Source: Eledone cirrhosa (Eukaryota). From it: DNA of 64,000 bases. Shown in pieces: positions 26,558 to 39,844 of the stretch (positions within the stretch are counted from its first letter, which is position 1; each line of letters starts with the position of its first letter). The DNA is taken from assembly GCA_964016885.1 (NCBI GenBank), contig OZ024766.1, forward strand, positions 4,402,001 through 4,466,000. The letters are read 5' to 3'. Both the position numbers and the translations under genes were made by a program. The notes beneath the pieces are model-generated. The model had not been told where the DNA came from. It did not search any database and saw nothing but the letters and a program-made list of their open reading frames with translations.

Positions 26558-26646
26558 TCATATATATATATATATAATAATAATGAAATTATTGTGTACA
26601 GTGCTCAGGTGCGTGTGTGTATATATATTAATGATGATAAATATAT

Positions 26647-26699
<53 letters not shown>

Positions 26700-26703
<4 letters not shown>

Positions 26704-26874
26704 CGAAGGAAATGTGGTAAGGAACCAGATGGACCATAACGCACCAGCGTACTCAATACTTAGGGTAATAGGAAAAAGTATGACCCCGGCGGCAGAGCTC
26801 AAGCCGTTTCGACGGCTATTTCTGGCCATAGCTGTCGAAACGGCTTGAGCTCTGTCGTCGGGGTCATACTTTTT

Positions 26875-26879
<5 letters not shown>
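26700..26879. mobile_element. Penelope-like pseudo-LTR remnant with ~52-bp inverted repeat
   Basis: Arms 26768-26819 and 26828-26879 contain 'atagccgtcGAAAC'. A related copy lies at 45478-45648, and both are embedded in (TA)n. Confidence 0.5.
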
Positions 26880-26910
<31 letters not shown>

Positions 26911-27562
26911 GCGTGTGTGTGTATATATATTAATTGTTTCTACTTTGGGCACAAGGCCAGCAAATACCCAGTGCATTACTGGTACTTTCTTTTATCGACC
27001 CCGTAAGGATGAAAGGCAAAGTTAACCTCGGCGAGATATATTAATGATGATAAATATATATATATATATGAATTCTTCATGGTGACAAGATACGAATCTG
27101 TGGCTAACGAATAAGAAGATACACCAACGTTAATGGCGGACAAAGAAAAGCTGATAAAATCTTTGATAATTCTGATTTAACAACAACAAGGAGATTATTT
27201 CTTTGTTTAATAAAATATAAGAAGACAACACATTGATTACATGTGAAGAGGGTAAGTTGAGAAAGATTTACTTGAAGTCTATAATAATGTGTGTAAATAA
27301 TAGAATTATGTGAACCTTTCAACGATACAGTAATTATATACAAGGGAAAATATTTAACAATTTTGGACATATTTCTTGCTCGTCGCTTTTATATACAGGA
27401 AAATACTTCTAGACTGAAATGTTGTCTTATTTTACAATAGCTAGATTCTACTGTTACATGTGATATAAAATATATTGTTATTATGAGTGTCTTTATTATT
27501 TAAATTACCTCCGTCTATTTAATCATGTTGTTCACTACCTTGTATTATAATATATATTTTAT

Positions 27563-27862
27563 TCTGAGTTCAAATCCCGCCGAGATCAACTTTGCCTTTC
27601 ATCCTTAAGGGTCGATAAAATAAAGTACCAGTAATGTACTGCGTAATTGATCACCTTGTACCAAGAGTAGAAACAATTATTTAGGACGGTCTATTAGCAG
27701 TATCGGTAGATACTTTGACGCATAGAGTTACGGCCCTTTCCAATGTGAATTCAAATCCCGCCGAGGTTAACTTTGCCTTTCATCCTTAAGGGTCGATAAA
27801 ATAAAGTACCAGTAATGTACTGGGGTAATAGATTACCTTGTACCAAGAGTAGAAACAATTAT
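27563..27862 (+). mobile_element. Two partial tandem tRNA-derived SINE copies
   Basis: B-box 'gagttcaaatcccgccgag', body 'actttgcctttcatcc...gggtcgataaaataaagtaccag', tail 'agtagaaacaatta'. Confidence 0.7.
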
Positions 27863-28258
27863 ATATATTTTATATTCAGCTGTACTTTGTTGTTTTAGGT
27901 AAATTAAATCTATCTACATTTTAGTCTAAATCTGTTCTAATTTAAGGTAAATTTACAGTAAAACCACCTGTCAGTCCTTCGGTGGGAAATTGTTAATTTT
28001 CCTAGTTTTTTTCGTGTTTCCAACAAACCTAACCTCAAAACCAGTCAGAAACGACTCATTTTTTTAAGAAAATGGAGCAGGTGGGACCCTGGGAGGTTTC
28101 TATAGTGGGAATGTGATTTACGTTGTTGTTTGTACATAATAAGGTACAAACAACAACGTACTTTGGTTCCTGGAGACGTACCCGAGCGAACGTAATACGT
28201 CATCAATGTTTGTCAGAATGTCGTAATGCAGACAGCCAGGCATACAGACAGATATTAT

Positions 28259-28458
28259 AAGGGCAAAACGGCAGTGGATTGGCAGTATCGGTAGAGGGTC
28301 GGACGCCATTCTTTCCAGCATAGTTACGTCTCTTTACGATCTGAGTTCAAATCCCGCCAAGGTTGACTTTGCCTTTCATTCTTACGGGGTCGATAAAATA
28401 AAGTACCAGTAATGCACTGGGTAATTGCTGGCCTTGTGCCTAAAGTAGAAACAATTAT
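28259..28458 (+). mobile_element. Near full-length tRNA-derived SINE
   Basis: A-box-like 'tggcagtatcgg', B-box 'gagttcaaatccc', conserved body and 3' end. Antisense copies lie at ~26930-27035 and ~35496-35660, with 3' fragments at ~2580-2650 and the matching position in each young unit. Confidence 0.75.
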
Positions 28459-28811
28459 AAGGGCACAACGGCGATCGATAACCGCCGCTTAACACCCCTT
28501 TAACAACAGAAAATTGAAAAATAAAAGATGCAATTAGTATCTTTAGACCACAAGGAATATATAAATGCAAGTTTGAAGTCAATGGGAGTAGAAATGTGGA
28601 TTTGTATAGACTTTGCAAACATAAGAACACACAAATGCCAGTGGAAGTAAGCCGCACTAGAAGAGAAGCAAGACAAACCTGGGCAGGGGTTTTGAGAGCT
28701 GACATCGAATTACTGAGACTGGAGGAGATGATGGGGTAATGTGACAAGTGGAGAGATCCCATACGGAGAAGGAGTCATCCAAGCATGGAAAAGCGGACAT
28801 ATAAAGGATGG

Positions 28812-28855
<44 letters not shown>

Positions 28856-28877
28856 TACCATATAACTATCTATCTAT

Positions 28878-29204
28878 CTAAGGCGGGTAAAATTCCCGAT
28901 ATCCATATACGAGTTATCTCCAGCGGTCTCTGTCCCTCATTATCGCTGCCATGTCCTGCGTCTCCAACAGACCAGTGTCTGTCCTTAGGGCATCAACATA
29001 CGTTAACCTTGGTCTTCCTCTTCTAGTGTGTCCATGTAGGGGCTCCCAAAGGAGCACTGAGTGCAATGTCAGCTCTGGATGTCGGTGAGCATGTCCAGCT
29101 AACCTCAGTCTCCTCTGTGTCACTTTTGAGCTGACTTTTGGGAGGCTCCCATACAGCTCTGAGTTTTTCATCCTCAGTGTATACTGATTAATGTTCAGAG
29201 CCAT
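28878..29204 (-). mobile_element. LINE RT C-terminal fragment (second RTE-like family)
   Basis: MALNI...NSELYG.LPKVS.KV.QRRLRLAGH..RHPE...LLWEP.HG...RGRP..TYVD; same family as 44694-45460. Confidence 0.8.
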
Positions 29205-30216
29205 ATATGCTGACGTACAAATGGTGTAATTCAGGTTTAGTCCTATATTCGTTGGATAAGACGCCTCCCATAAAATAAGGCAGTTGCAGGGGAATTAATG
29301 ATACCCTAAAGACTAAAACACTTCAGTTGCAAGTGAGTTCTAACTCGGAGTAAACCAGCCCAGCCTAACATGAATGACCCTATGTTAACCTACCCTATGG
29401 TAACTTACCCTATGTTAACCTACCCTATGGTAACTTACCCTATGGTAACCTACCCAAGTCATTGATATTATTATAATCTCTACGTTAAATAGACTTAACA
29501 AATATGAGATTCAGTAGGAAATAATTGTGGTGGTCTAGAGTTAGGGTAAACGGTGTACAAGTGTTAGGCAGGCAGTTTCACTGTTTACCCCTCATTGGTA
29601 ATGGTTAACATTTTATATTCGGTGGTCATGTCGACCCCTAGTTTTGGAGAGATAATTTTAGGATCCAAATGTCGGTATATACTGTATATATAATATATAT
29701 ACACACACATGATGTATACACTTTTACACCTTGAGTTGGAGGGATACATTTGAAATGTTTAATTATTCAGCCGAAAGTTTATATACAGTTTATCAATATA
29801 GAAATGTAAAATTTCCATTATTGAATCACATTTCAACATTCTCCATATCTTATTTTGTTTTCTCTGTTATTTCAGAATATCACATGACATTGACAGAAGA
29901 GAAATTTTAACTTCAGATACAACATCAATATCATTGTTTAAAAGACTAACACAAGATTTTACGCAGTATTCATATAAGTCTTTTTATATCAACATTTGGT
30001 GACTTACAGTGAAGTATTTTTTTCTGAACTGAGGTTGATAGAAAGATTTCTTTTCTTCCTATCTGGAAAGTGTATAAGAAGATATTGTAAAGGAACTTAC
30101 ATCATTTTCAGATGTCAACAAAGATAAAAGATGATGGAAATTTAACTTAGAGAATATTTATTAGGAATAAACTACAAAAAGAAAATCAAGAAAAAACGTC
30201 CTTATTTTCTGAAGAG

Positions 30217-31521
30217 ATGTCAAAGAGGAACAAAATATCATCATACCACTGTGATATCTGTGGTAAATCATTCTCATGTACAGGTGATTTAATTAAACAT
30301 ATACATATTCATACAGAAGAGAAACCTCATCACTGTGATATCTGTGGTAAATCATTCTCGCTTTCAAGTAATTTAGATAAACACAAATATACTCATACAG
30401 GAGAGAAACCTTATCACTGTGACATCTGTGGTAAATCATTCTCATGTACAGGTGACTTAACTAGACACATACGTGTTCATACAGGGGAGAAACCTCATCA
30501 TTGTGATATCTGTGGTAAATCATTCTCACTTTCAAGTAATTTAGATAAACATAGATACATTCATACAGGAGAGAAACCTCATCACTGTGATATCTGTGGT
30601 AAGTCATTCTCTCAGTTAAGTAACTTGACTAGGCACAAATACATTCATACGGGAGAGAAACCTCTTCACTGTGATATCTGTGGTAAGTCATTCTCTGTGT
30701 CGGGCCATTTAACTAAACACATACGTATTCATACAGGAGATAAACCTCATCACTGTGATATCTGTGGTAAATCATTCTCTCAGTCGAGTAACTTGACTAG
30801 GCACAAAAATATTCATACAGGAGAGAAGCCTCATCAGTGTGATATCTGTGGTAAATCATTCTCTCTAAATAATCTCTTAACTAAACACAAATGTATGCAT
30901 ACAGGAGAGAAGCCTCATCAGTGTGATATCTGTGGTGAATCTTTCTCTCAGTCGGGAAACTTAACTGTACATAAATATAGTCATACAGGAGAGAAATCTC
31001 ATCACTGTGATATCTGTGGTAAATCATTCTCTCGAAATGATCACTTAACTAAACATACACTTCTTCATACAGGAGAGAAACCTCATCAGTGTGATATCTG
31101 TGATAAATCATTCTCTCAGTCAGGTCACTTATCTAGACACATACGTATACATACAGGAGAGAAGCCTCATCACTGTGATATTTGTGGTAAATCATTCTCT
31201 CGAAATGGCCACTTAATTAGACATATACGTCTTCATACAGGAGAAAAACCTCATCACTGTGATATCTGTGGTAAGTTATTCTCTCAGTCAGATCACTTAA
31301 CTCTACATAAATATAGTCATACAGGAGAGAAGCCTCATCATTGTGATATCTGTGGTAAATCATTCTCTCATTCAAGTAACTTAGCTAACCATAAATATAT
31401 ACATACAGGAGAGAAACCATATCACTGTGATATCTGTGGTAAATCATTCTCTCGAAAAGATCAGTTAACTGAACACAAATATAGTCATACAGGAGAGAAA
31501 CCACATCACTGTGATATCTGA
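30217..31521 (+). CDS. C2H2 zinc-finger protein, 15 fingers (gene 5)
   Basis: 434 aa = 9 + 15 x 28 + HHCDI. It terminates by TGT->TGA in the second Cys of a 16th finger. Confidence 0.92.
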   Translation: MSKRNKISSYHCDICGKSFSCTGDLIKHIHIHTEEKPHHCDICGKSFSLSSNLDKHKYTHTGEKPYHCDICGKSFSCTGDLTRHIRVHTGEKPHHCDICGKSFSLSSNLDKHRYIHTGEKPHHCDICGKSFSQLSNLTRHKYIHTGEKPLHCDICGKSFSVSGHLTKHIRIHTGDKPHHCDICGKSFSQSSNLTRHKNIHTGEKPHQCDICGKSFSLNNLLTKHKCMHTGEKPHQCDICGESFSQSGNLTVHKYSHTGEKSHHCDICGKSFSRNDHLTKHTLLHTGEKPHQCDICDKSFSQSGHLSRHIRIHTGEKPHHCDICGKSFSRNGHLIRHIRLHTGEKPHHCDICGKLFSQSDHLTLHKYSHTGEKPHHCDICGKSFSHSSNLANHKYIHTGEKPYHCDICGKSFSRKDQLTEHKYSHTGEKPHHCDI

Positions 31522-31915
<394 letters not shown>

Positions 31916-32137
31916 CAGTGACTTAAATTGAGAAAAACAAACACAAACATTTTAACTTGACAATGTGACATGTCCTTCATCTCACAAATATAAACTTATT
32001 GTCAACTAACATCACAAGGAAACCCTTAGTATTTCTACAGCGTCTAAATATTGCTTTCCATTTTTTAAATTTTATTTTTGAATAGGATTAAAGTTATTCT
32101 CATATTTGATAGTTGTCTTCTTAAATTTATTTTTTGG

Positions 32138-33130
32138 CAACATCCACATTCCCTGTTGTAGTGTGTAATTGAGGGACCCTCTATCTAATGATATAATGCT
32201 GTAACTGGCCACAAGAAATATTTGGAAGGCAACACCCACATTCCCTGTTGTAGTGTGTAATTGAGGGACCCTCTATCTAATGATATAATGCTGTAACTGG
32301 CCACAAGAAATATTTGGAAGGCAACACCCACATTCCCTGTTGTAGTGTGTCATTGAGGGACCCTCTATCTAATGATATAATGCTGTAACTGGCCACAAGA
32401 AATATTTGGAAGGCAACACCCACATTCCCTGTTGTAGTGTGTCATTGAGGGACCCTCTATCTAATGATATAATGCTGTAACTGGTCACAAGAAATATTTG
32501 GAAGGCAACACCCACATTCCCTGTTGTAGTGTGTCATTGAGGGACCCTCTATCCCAGGACATAATGCTGTAGCTGGCCACAAGAAATATTTGGAGGGCAA
32601 CACCATCATTCCTTGTAGTGTGTAATTGAGGGACCCTCTATCTCTGACATAATGCTGTAGCTGGCCACAAGAAATATTTGGAGGGCAACACCATCATTCC
32701 TTGTAGTGTGTAATTGAGGGACCCTCTATCCCAGGACATAATGCTGTAGCTGGCCACAAGAAATATTTGGAGGGCAACACCATCATTCCTTGTAGTGTGT
32801 AATTGAGGGACCCTCTATCTCTGACATAATGCTGTAGCTGGCCACAAGAAATATTTGGAGGGCAACACCATCATTCCTTGTAGTGTGTAATTGAGGGACC
32901 CTCTATCCCAGGACATAATGCTGTAGCTGGCCACAAGAAATATTTGGAGGGCAACACCATCATTCCTTGTAGTGTGTAATTGAGGGACCCTCTATCCCAG
33001 GACATAATGCTGTAGCTGGCCACAAGAAATATTTGGAGGGCAACACCATCATTCCTTGTAGTGTGTAATTGAGGGACCCTCTATCCCAGGACATAATGCT
33101 GTAACTGGCCACAAGAAATATTTAGAAGGT
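32138..33130. repeat. ~89-92-bp minisatellite (~11 copies) downstream of gene 5
   Basis: Same family as 22255-22890. Confidence 0.9.
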
Positions 33131-33554
33131 AATGCTGAGATAAAAGCTGACCTTGCGCAATTGCACCTCTCAAAAACAATGACACAGGATCGTCTAGTAG
33201 GCATCTCTCAATCACTTAATCGACTATACCCTTTTCCATACACCTCCCCACGCCCCTACACCGCCCTCCCAGTTCTGTCCACACCACCCTAACACCATGA
33301 AGTAATGTTGGTATCACAAAAACACCCATCCCGCTCTGTAAATTGGTTGTGTAGGTGTCACGACTAAAAGCGCCCAGCACACACTGTAAATGAGGTTGCT
33401 GCCAGGAAGGGCATCCAGCTGTAGACATTTAGCCAGAAACAGTCCTGTATGAGCGAGACACAGTCACCTGACCCAACTTGCCTCTAATGGAACAACCTGT
33501 CAAACCCATGCTAGAGTGGAAAACTGATGTTAAACAGTGATGATACATGTATGT

Positions 33555-35370
33555 ATATCATCATCATTTTACGTCAGCTTTTCCTTGCCTTCAAGGATTC
33601 AACATGTCCTATTCAACACAGAATATCTCCATTCGTCTCGGTCCAATTCCTGTGAGATTCATGATCTGAGGTCAACTCTCACCACTTCTGGACAAGTATA
33701 GTGGCTTATTCTTCTCTAAGAACCTCTCTTGTAGTTGTCTGTCTAAGAAGAGGGCATCTGTTGTACTTTTCCCAGGCACAAAACCAAACTGCATCTCATC
33801 TAATTTGACCATTTCTCTAATTAGTTGCACTAATATCTTTTCTGCCACTTTCATAACCTGATCCATTAGTTTTATGCCCCTATAATTGCTCCTCTCCAGA
33901 CCATCCCCTTTACCTTTGTAGCAATTTATAAGAATACTGCTGCACCACTCTTTAGGTATGACTCTGCCATATATAGCTTGATTGATTATGCATGCAACCA
34001 GTTTAGTTCCTACTTCTCCTGATGCCTTCAGCATCTCAGCAACTATCCCCGAAGGTCCAGCGGCCTTACCATTTTTCAATTCCTTAATTGCCTCTTGGAC
34101 CCTATATTCGTCAATCTCAATAGCTGGTCCCTCTGTTGGGTCTACTGGGGGTAGTTTCTCTCTCTCCCATTCCTTCTCCACATTCATCAGTCTCATAATG
34201 ACATTTCCAGGCTTCCTTTTTCTGGCATCAGTGACACTAAGTACACCGACATCATTCCAGACACATTTATCTCCAACAACATCCTGATTTGCATTGACAC
34301 ACTTTCATAACCTGATCCATTAGTTTTATGCCCCTATAATTGCTATAATTGCTCCTCTCCAGAGCATCCCCTTTACATTTGTAGCAATTTATAAGAATAC
34401 TGCTGCACCAGTCTTTAGGTATGACTCTGCCATATATAGCTTGATTGATTATGCATGCAACCAGTTTAGTTCCTACTTCTCTTGATGCCTTCAATATCTC
34501 ATCAACTATCCCTGGCTATCGTTTGCTGCTTACTGTTCCAGTGCAACTGCCACATATAGAGCCTACATTCTTAGCTAAACTTTCTGAGATCCCACTACAT
34601 CTCTTGTGTACCCACATTTTGCATATGGGGCAGAGGATGGATGGACAAGATCATTTCCGTTGGGTTCTGTTTTCTCTTCTACTTATTAGGACCTTAGTCT
34701 TTGTCAGGTTAACTTTAATACCCCTTCTTCCTAGACCCTGCTTCCATGTTTGGAATTTCTTTTCTAGTTCCACCATAGATTCAGCTATGAGTGTAAGATC
34801 ATCTGTACAGAAGTTCCCATGGGCAGCCAGTCTTAAACTCCTCTATTATAGTCTGCAATACGATAATAAACAAGACGGGGCTAAGGACAAAGCCCTGGTG
34901 GATGCCAACATGTATACTAAGTTCCTTGCTATAGTCATTGTTAATCCTGGCTTTGTTGACTGCTCCTCTATACATGGCTTGTACAGCCTTCACAAGCCAC
35001 TCACTCACTACTAGTTGTCTAGAAGACTGTAACCTTCTTCATTTCTTATGACAAACCCATAGCCTCCATGGACTCTATAGAAGCCATCACTATGTTTCCC
35101 AATGTGTCTGTTAAAGTCCCCTGCAACGAGAAGGAAGTCATTGTGATTTGTTAGAGTGGTAGTGTGCATTAGGGACTCGTAAAACCTATCCTTAAGTTCG
35201 TATGGCAACCCAGATTGGGGTGTGTATGCGGATATAATTGTGGCTATTGTTTTATTTAGGACTAGTCTGAGTTAAATGATTCTCGCATTTACCCTGTTCA
35301 CTGAGATTACCGTATCTATCTATTTGTCAGCTAGTAGTATAACTACACCATCCAACCAATTATCATTTCA
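33555..35370 (-). mobile_element. Rearranged RTE LINE fragments, paralogous to 23090-26075
   Basis: ORFs 33672-34196, 34267-34494, 34799-35008 and 35011-35208 match the RT/APE fragments upstream. Confidence 0.88.
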
Positions 35371-35685
35371 CATAGCACTGTTTTTTACACACACATGTAT
35401 ATATATGTATATAATTTGTCTAACTCATGCTAGCGTGGAAGAATGGACATAAAACGGTGACGATATATATATATATATATGTGTGTATATATATTAATTG
35501 TTTCTACTTTTGGCACAAGGCCAGCAATTACTCAGTGCATTACTGGTACTTTATTTTATCGACCCCGTAAGGATGAAAGGCAAAGTTAACCTCGGCGGGA
35601 TTTGAACTCAGACCGTAAAGGGACGTAACTATGCTGGAAAGTATGGCGTCCGACCTTCTATATATATGTATATATATTAATGATG

Positions 35686-35721
<36 letters not shown>

Positions 35722-36757
35722 CGCGTGTGTGTGTGTATATATATATTAATGATGATAAATATATATATAACTTCTTCATGTTGACAAGATACGAATCTGT
35801 GGCTAAAGAATAAGAAGATACACCAACGTTAATGGCGGACAAAGAAAAGATGATAAAATCTTTGAAAATTCTTATTCAACAACAAGATTATTTCTTTGAT
35901 TGTTTAATAAAATATAAGAAGACAATACATTGATTACATGGGAAGAGGGTAAGTTGAGAAAGATTTACTTGAAGTCTATGATAATGTGTGTAAATAATAG
36001 AATTATGTGAACCTTTCAACGATACAGTAATTATATACAAGTGAAAATATTTAACAACTTTGGACACATTTCTTCCTCGTCACTTTTATATACAGGAAAA
36101 TACTTCTAGACTGAAATGTTGTCTTATTTTACAATAGCTAGATTCTACTGTTACATGTGATATAAAATAGATTATTATGAGTGTCTTTATTATTTAAGTT
36201 ACCTCCGTCTATTTAATCATGTTCACTACCTTGTATTATAATATATATTTTATATTCAGCTGTACTTTATGGTTTAAAGTAAATTAAAACTATCTACATT
36301 TTAGCCTAAATCTGTTTTAATTTAAAGTAAATTTACAGTAAAAACACCTGTCAGTCGTCCGGTGGGAAATTGTTAATTTTCCTAGTTTTTTTCGTGTTTC
36401 CAACAAACCTAACCTCAAAACCAGTCAGAAACGACTCTTTTTTTCTTTTTAGAAAATGAAGCTGGTGGGACCCTTGGAGGTTTCTATAATGGGAATGTGA
36501 TTTACGTTGTTATTTGTACATAATAAGGTTGTAATACTGTGAAGAACTAGCTGTCTTCCTTTGGGGGTGAAATTTATGTCTTTCCTATTGGTGTTGGTGT
36601 CTTTGAAGGTCAGATTCGTTTAAAATCCAGCAAATACCATAGGAGAAAACAATTTTCTGAACTGCATGGGAAGAGTTTGGAAGAAACTATAGTCATAATT
36701 CCATTACATAAGGTCATAATTATTTGTGTGTGTATCACAGATAAAATTAACCTATAC

Positions 36758-36789
<32 letters not shown>

Positions 36790-36879
36790 TTCTAAAATAT
36801 GTATTACTATACATGAGTGTGTGCATATATATAGATAGATTGAGGGAGCACCCTAGTGTGGTAATGTGGTAGTGCTGGT

Positions 36880-37150
36880 GTTATTACAAATATCACCCTG
36901 TAAATTATTTATTATAAATGAGAGGTGCTTTTTTTTGTTGATTTACGTTTAATATAGAGGTTCCAATACTCAAGGAAAAAATTTTCAGCGAGGGTTTTGA
37001 TTAAAATGAAATATACTTATCCAAGTACCTGGGGAATGTAGTTTCAGAATATATATGGTTATGGGGGTCTATCTTCAAAACCATAGGAGGAGTTTGTGAA
37101 CAAACAAACAAACAAACAGACAGGAACTACAACTTTATATATATATATAT
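36880..37150 (+). mobile_element. Possible Helitron/HINE-like non-autonomous element end
   Basis: (ACAA)n-ACAGAC microsatellite followed by 'caactttatatatata', resembling DINE/HINE 3' ends. Recognition is from memory only. Confidence 0.3.
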
Positions 37151-37249
37151 ATCATCGTCATTTAACCTCCATTTTCCATATATATATATATATATATATG
37201 GAGGAGGTTATAGTTCACTTGAAGCATTGTGTAATGAGGTATAAACGTA

Positions 37250-37408
37250 TGTGGTTGGTGTTAGGAAGGGCATCCAACTGTAGAAAACCCGCCAGACAGT
37301 CCTATGCGAGCAAGACAACCACTCTTGCCTCAAGTGGGAAAACCCCCGTCCAAACCCATGCAAGCGTGGATCACGGACGCTAAACATGATGATGATGATG
37401 ATGATGAT
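37250..37408 (+). mobile_element. RTE 3' terminal fragment with (GAT)n tail
   Basis: Reverse complement of the 18968-19140 segment. Confidence 0.8.
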
Positions 37409-37780
37409 GAATATGTGTAATAAGGCCAAGACAATGCAGGTATGGACATAGAAAAAAGAATGCAATAGTGAAAGATATTGATGTGAATTCATCTTTCACC
37501 TTGAATTTATTTAAATGTCCTTAATTTTCGAGATAATATCTCTTCTTCGGAGGGAAGTAAAGGTCTCAAACCAGCGTCTTTAAATCTCTAATCTTGATTA
37601 GAGATTTAAAGACGCTGGTTTGAGACCTTTACTTCCCTCCGAAGAAGAGATATTATCTCGAAAATTAATCACATTTAAATAAATTCAAGGTGAAAGACGA
37701 ATTCACATCAATATCTTTCACTATTGCATTCTTTTTTCTATGTCCATACCTGCATTGTCTTGGCCTTATTACACATATTC
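37409..37780. repeat. Long palindrome (185-bp arms, TT loop), Penelope-like, in the putative intron of gene 6
   Basis: 37409-37593 is the reverse complement of 37596-37780 with three mismatches by eye. It contains CCGAAGA-A-GAGAT-att-ATCTC-GAAA (37639-37663). Confidence 0.92.
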
Positions 37781-37784
37781 AAAC

Positions 37785-37828
<44 letters not shown>

Positions 37829-38389
37829 TCATTTAGACTTTAAGATGGAGGGATAAATTGGATAAGTACAATTATTCAGGTGAAGATTTCTATATACAGT
37901 TTATCAATATAGATATTGTTTGTTATTTCCACTGTTGAATCACAGCATTTTAATATCCTTTATATCTTATTTTCTTTCAGAATATCACATGACATTGACT
38001 GAAGAGAATCTTTAACTTCAAATACATCATCAATATCATCGATTAAATGGCCAAAGATTTTACTCAGTAGTCATATAAGTCTTTTTATATCAACATTTGG
38101 TGAATTACAGTGAAATATTTCTTCTGAGCTTCATAGACAGATTTCTCTTCTTCACTATCTGGAAAGTGTAGAAGATTCTGCATTCTTATTAAACTTAAGT
38201 AAATTTATAAAGGATTTTGCATCAATTTCAGATATGTCAACAAAGATCAAAGTTGATGGAAATTTAACTTTGAAAATATTTGTTGGGACTAAATTATAAT
38301 AACAAAAAAACCTAGAAAAAATATCATATTGTTTTGAGAGAAAAAAATTCTGGGAAAATATTAAAAGATTGATATTTCTTCCTGAAGAG

Positions 38390-39181
38390 ATGTCGAAGGG
38401 GGAAGGAAAACCATCATACCAATGTGATATCTGTGGTAAGTCAGTCTCTCAAAAATCTAATCTAACTAAACACATACGTATTCATACAGGAGAAAAACCA
38501 TTTCACTGTGAAATCTGTGGTAAATCATTCTCTCACTCAAGTCACTTAACTAAACACAAATACATACATACTGGAGAGAAACCATATCACTGTGATGTCT
38601 GTGGTAAATCATTTTCTGAGTCAAGTAGCTTAACTCGACACATATACATTCATACAGGAGAGAAGCCTCATCACTGTGATATCTGTGATAAATCATTTTC
38701 TCGTACAAGTGACTTAACTAAACATAAACGCATTCATACAGGAGAGAAACTATACCACTGTGATATCTGTGGTAAGTCATTTTCCGAGTCAGGTCACTTA
38801 TCTCAACACAAATACATTCATACAGGAGAGAAACCTCATCACTGTGATATCTGTGGTAAATCATTTTCTGATAAAGGTAACCTAGCTACTCACATACGAA
38901 TTCATACAGGAGAGAAACCTCATCAGTGTGATATCTGTGGTAAGTCATTCTCTCAGTCAGGCCACTTAACTCAACACAAATACATTCATACAGGGGAGAA
39001 ACCATATCACTGTGATATCTGTGGTAAGTCATTCTCTCAAAATTCTGACTTAACTAAACACAAATATATTCATACGGGAGAGAAACCTCATCACTGTGAT
39101 ATCTGTGGTAAATCATTTTCTCAAAAAAGTAACTTAACTCAACACAAATATATTCACACAGGAAAGAAACAATATCCATGA
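38390..39181 (+). CDS. C2H2 zinc-finger protein, 9 fingers (gene 6)
   Basis: The ATG at 38390 sits in the same 'gaagagATGtc' context as the paralogs (the ORF track's 38369 start is TTG). The product is 263 aa. Confidence 0.9.
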   Translation: MSKGEGKPSYQCDICGKSVSQKSNLTKHIRIHTGEKPFHCEICGKSFSHSSHLTKHKYIHTGEKPYHCDVCGKSFSESSSLTRHIYIHTGEKPHHCDICDKSFSRTSDLTKHKRIHTGEKLYHCDICGKSFSESGHLSQHKYIHTGEKPHHCDICGKSFSDKGNLATHIRIHTGEKPHQCDICGKSFSQSGHLTQHKYIHTGEKPYHCDICGKSFSQNSDLTKHKYIHTGEKPHHCDICGKSFSQKSNLTQHKYIHTGKKQYP

Positions 39182-39430
39182 TAGCTGTTATAAATCATTC
39201 TCTTATACGAGTTACTTAATTTAACACAAATATAAATATATACATGCAGGAGAGAAACCTCATCAGTGTGATATTTGTGGTAAATCATTCTCTCGAAATG
39301 ATCACTTAACTCAACACAAATATATACATACAGGAGAGAAACCTCATCAGTGTGTTATCTGTGGTGAATCATTCTTTCAAAAAAGCAAATTAACTAAACA
39401 TGTATCTGTTCATACAGAAGTGTAACAGTA
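39182..39430 (+). pseudogene. Non-translated fingers after the gene 6 stop
   Basis: Out-of-ORF [57 protein letters not shown] at 39580-39585. Confidence 0.8.
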
Positions 39431-39844
39431 TCAGTGTCAAAAATCTTTGTATGAAACTATTGTCTGTTTAACCATAAATATATCTACATATGAAAGAAGA
39501 TATTACACTGTAATAACAACCATCAAACACTATAACTATATCTTACATTGGTGAGATAATTTAATATTGTTCTATTTTTAATAAAAGCATTCATTCAGAG
39601 AACTTATGTATGTTGTATCTAACAAATTTCCTTAAGGAAGAAAATATACTATATTTGATATTGTAGGTAAGTAGCTGTGAAATATCTCATATATCGGGGA
39701 TAACATCACTGTACAGTTAAGTACAAATTAATACATCAAACATAACACCACACGCTTCACTAGCTAGGTGTCCTACTTCTCCAATCTCCACACACTTCCC
39801 CCAGTCTACACTGTAAAGTCGTCATTTTTGTGATATAACAAAAA

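Noticed and set aside
28259-28360. tRNA gene
   Set aside because: A/B boxes are present but there is no cloverleaf, and the sequence continues into a dispersed SINE body.
38369-38389. Extended N-terminus MIFLPEE of gene 6
   Set aside because: It starts at TTG; the paralogous ATG context is at 38390.
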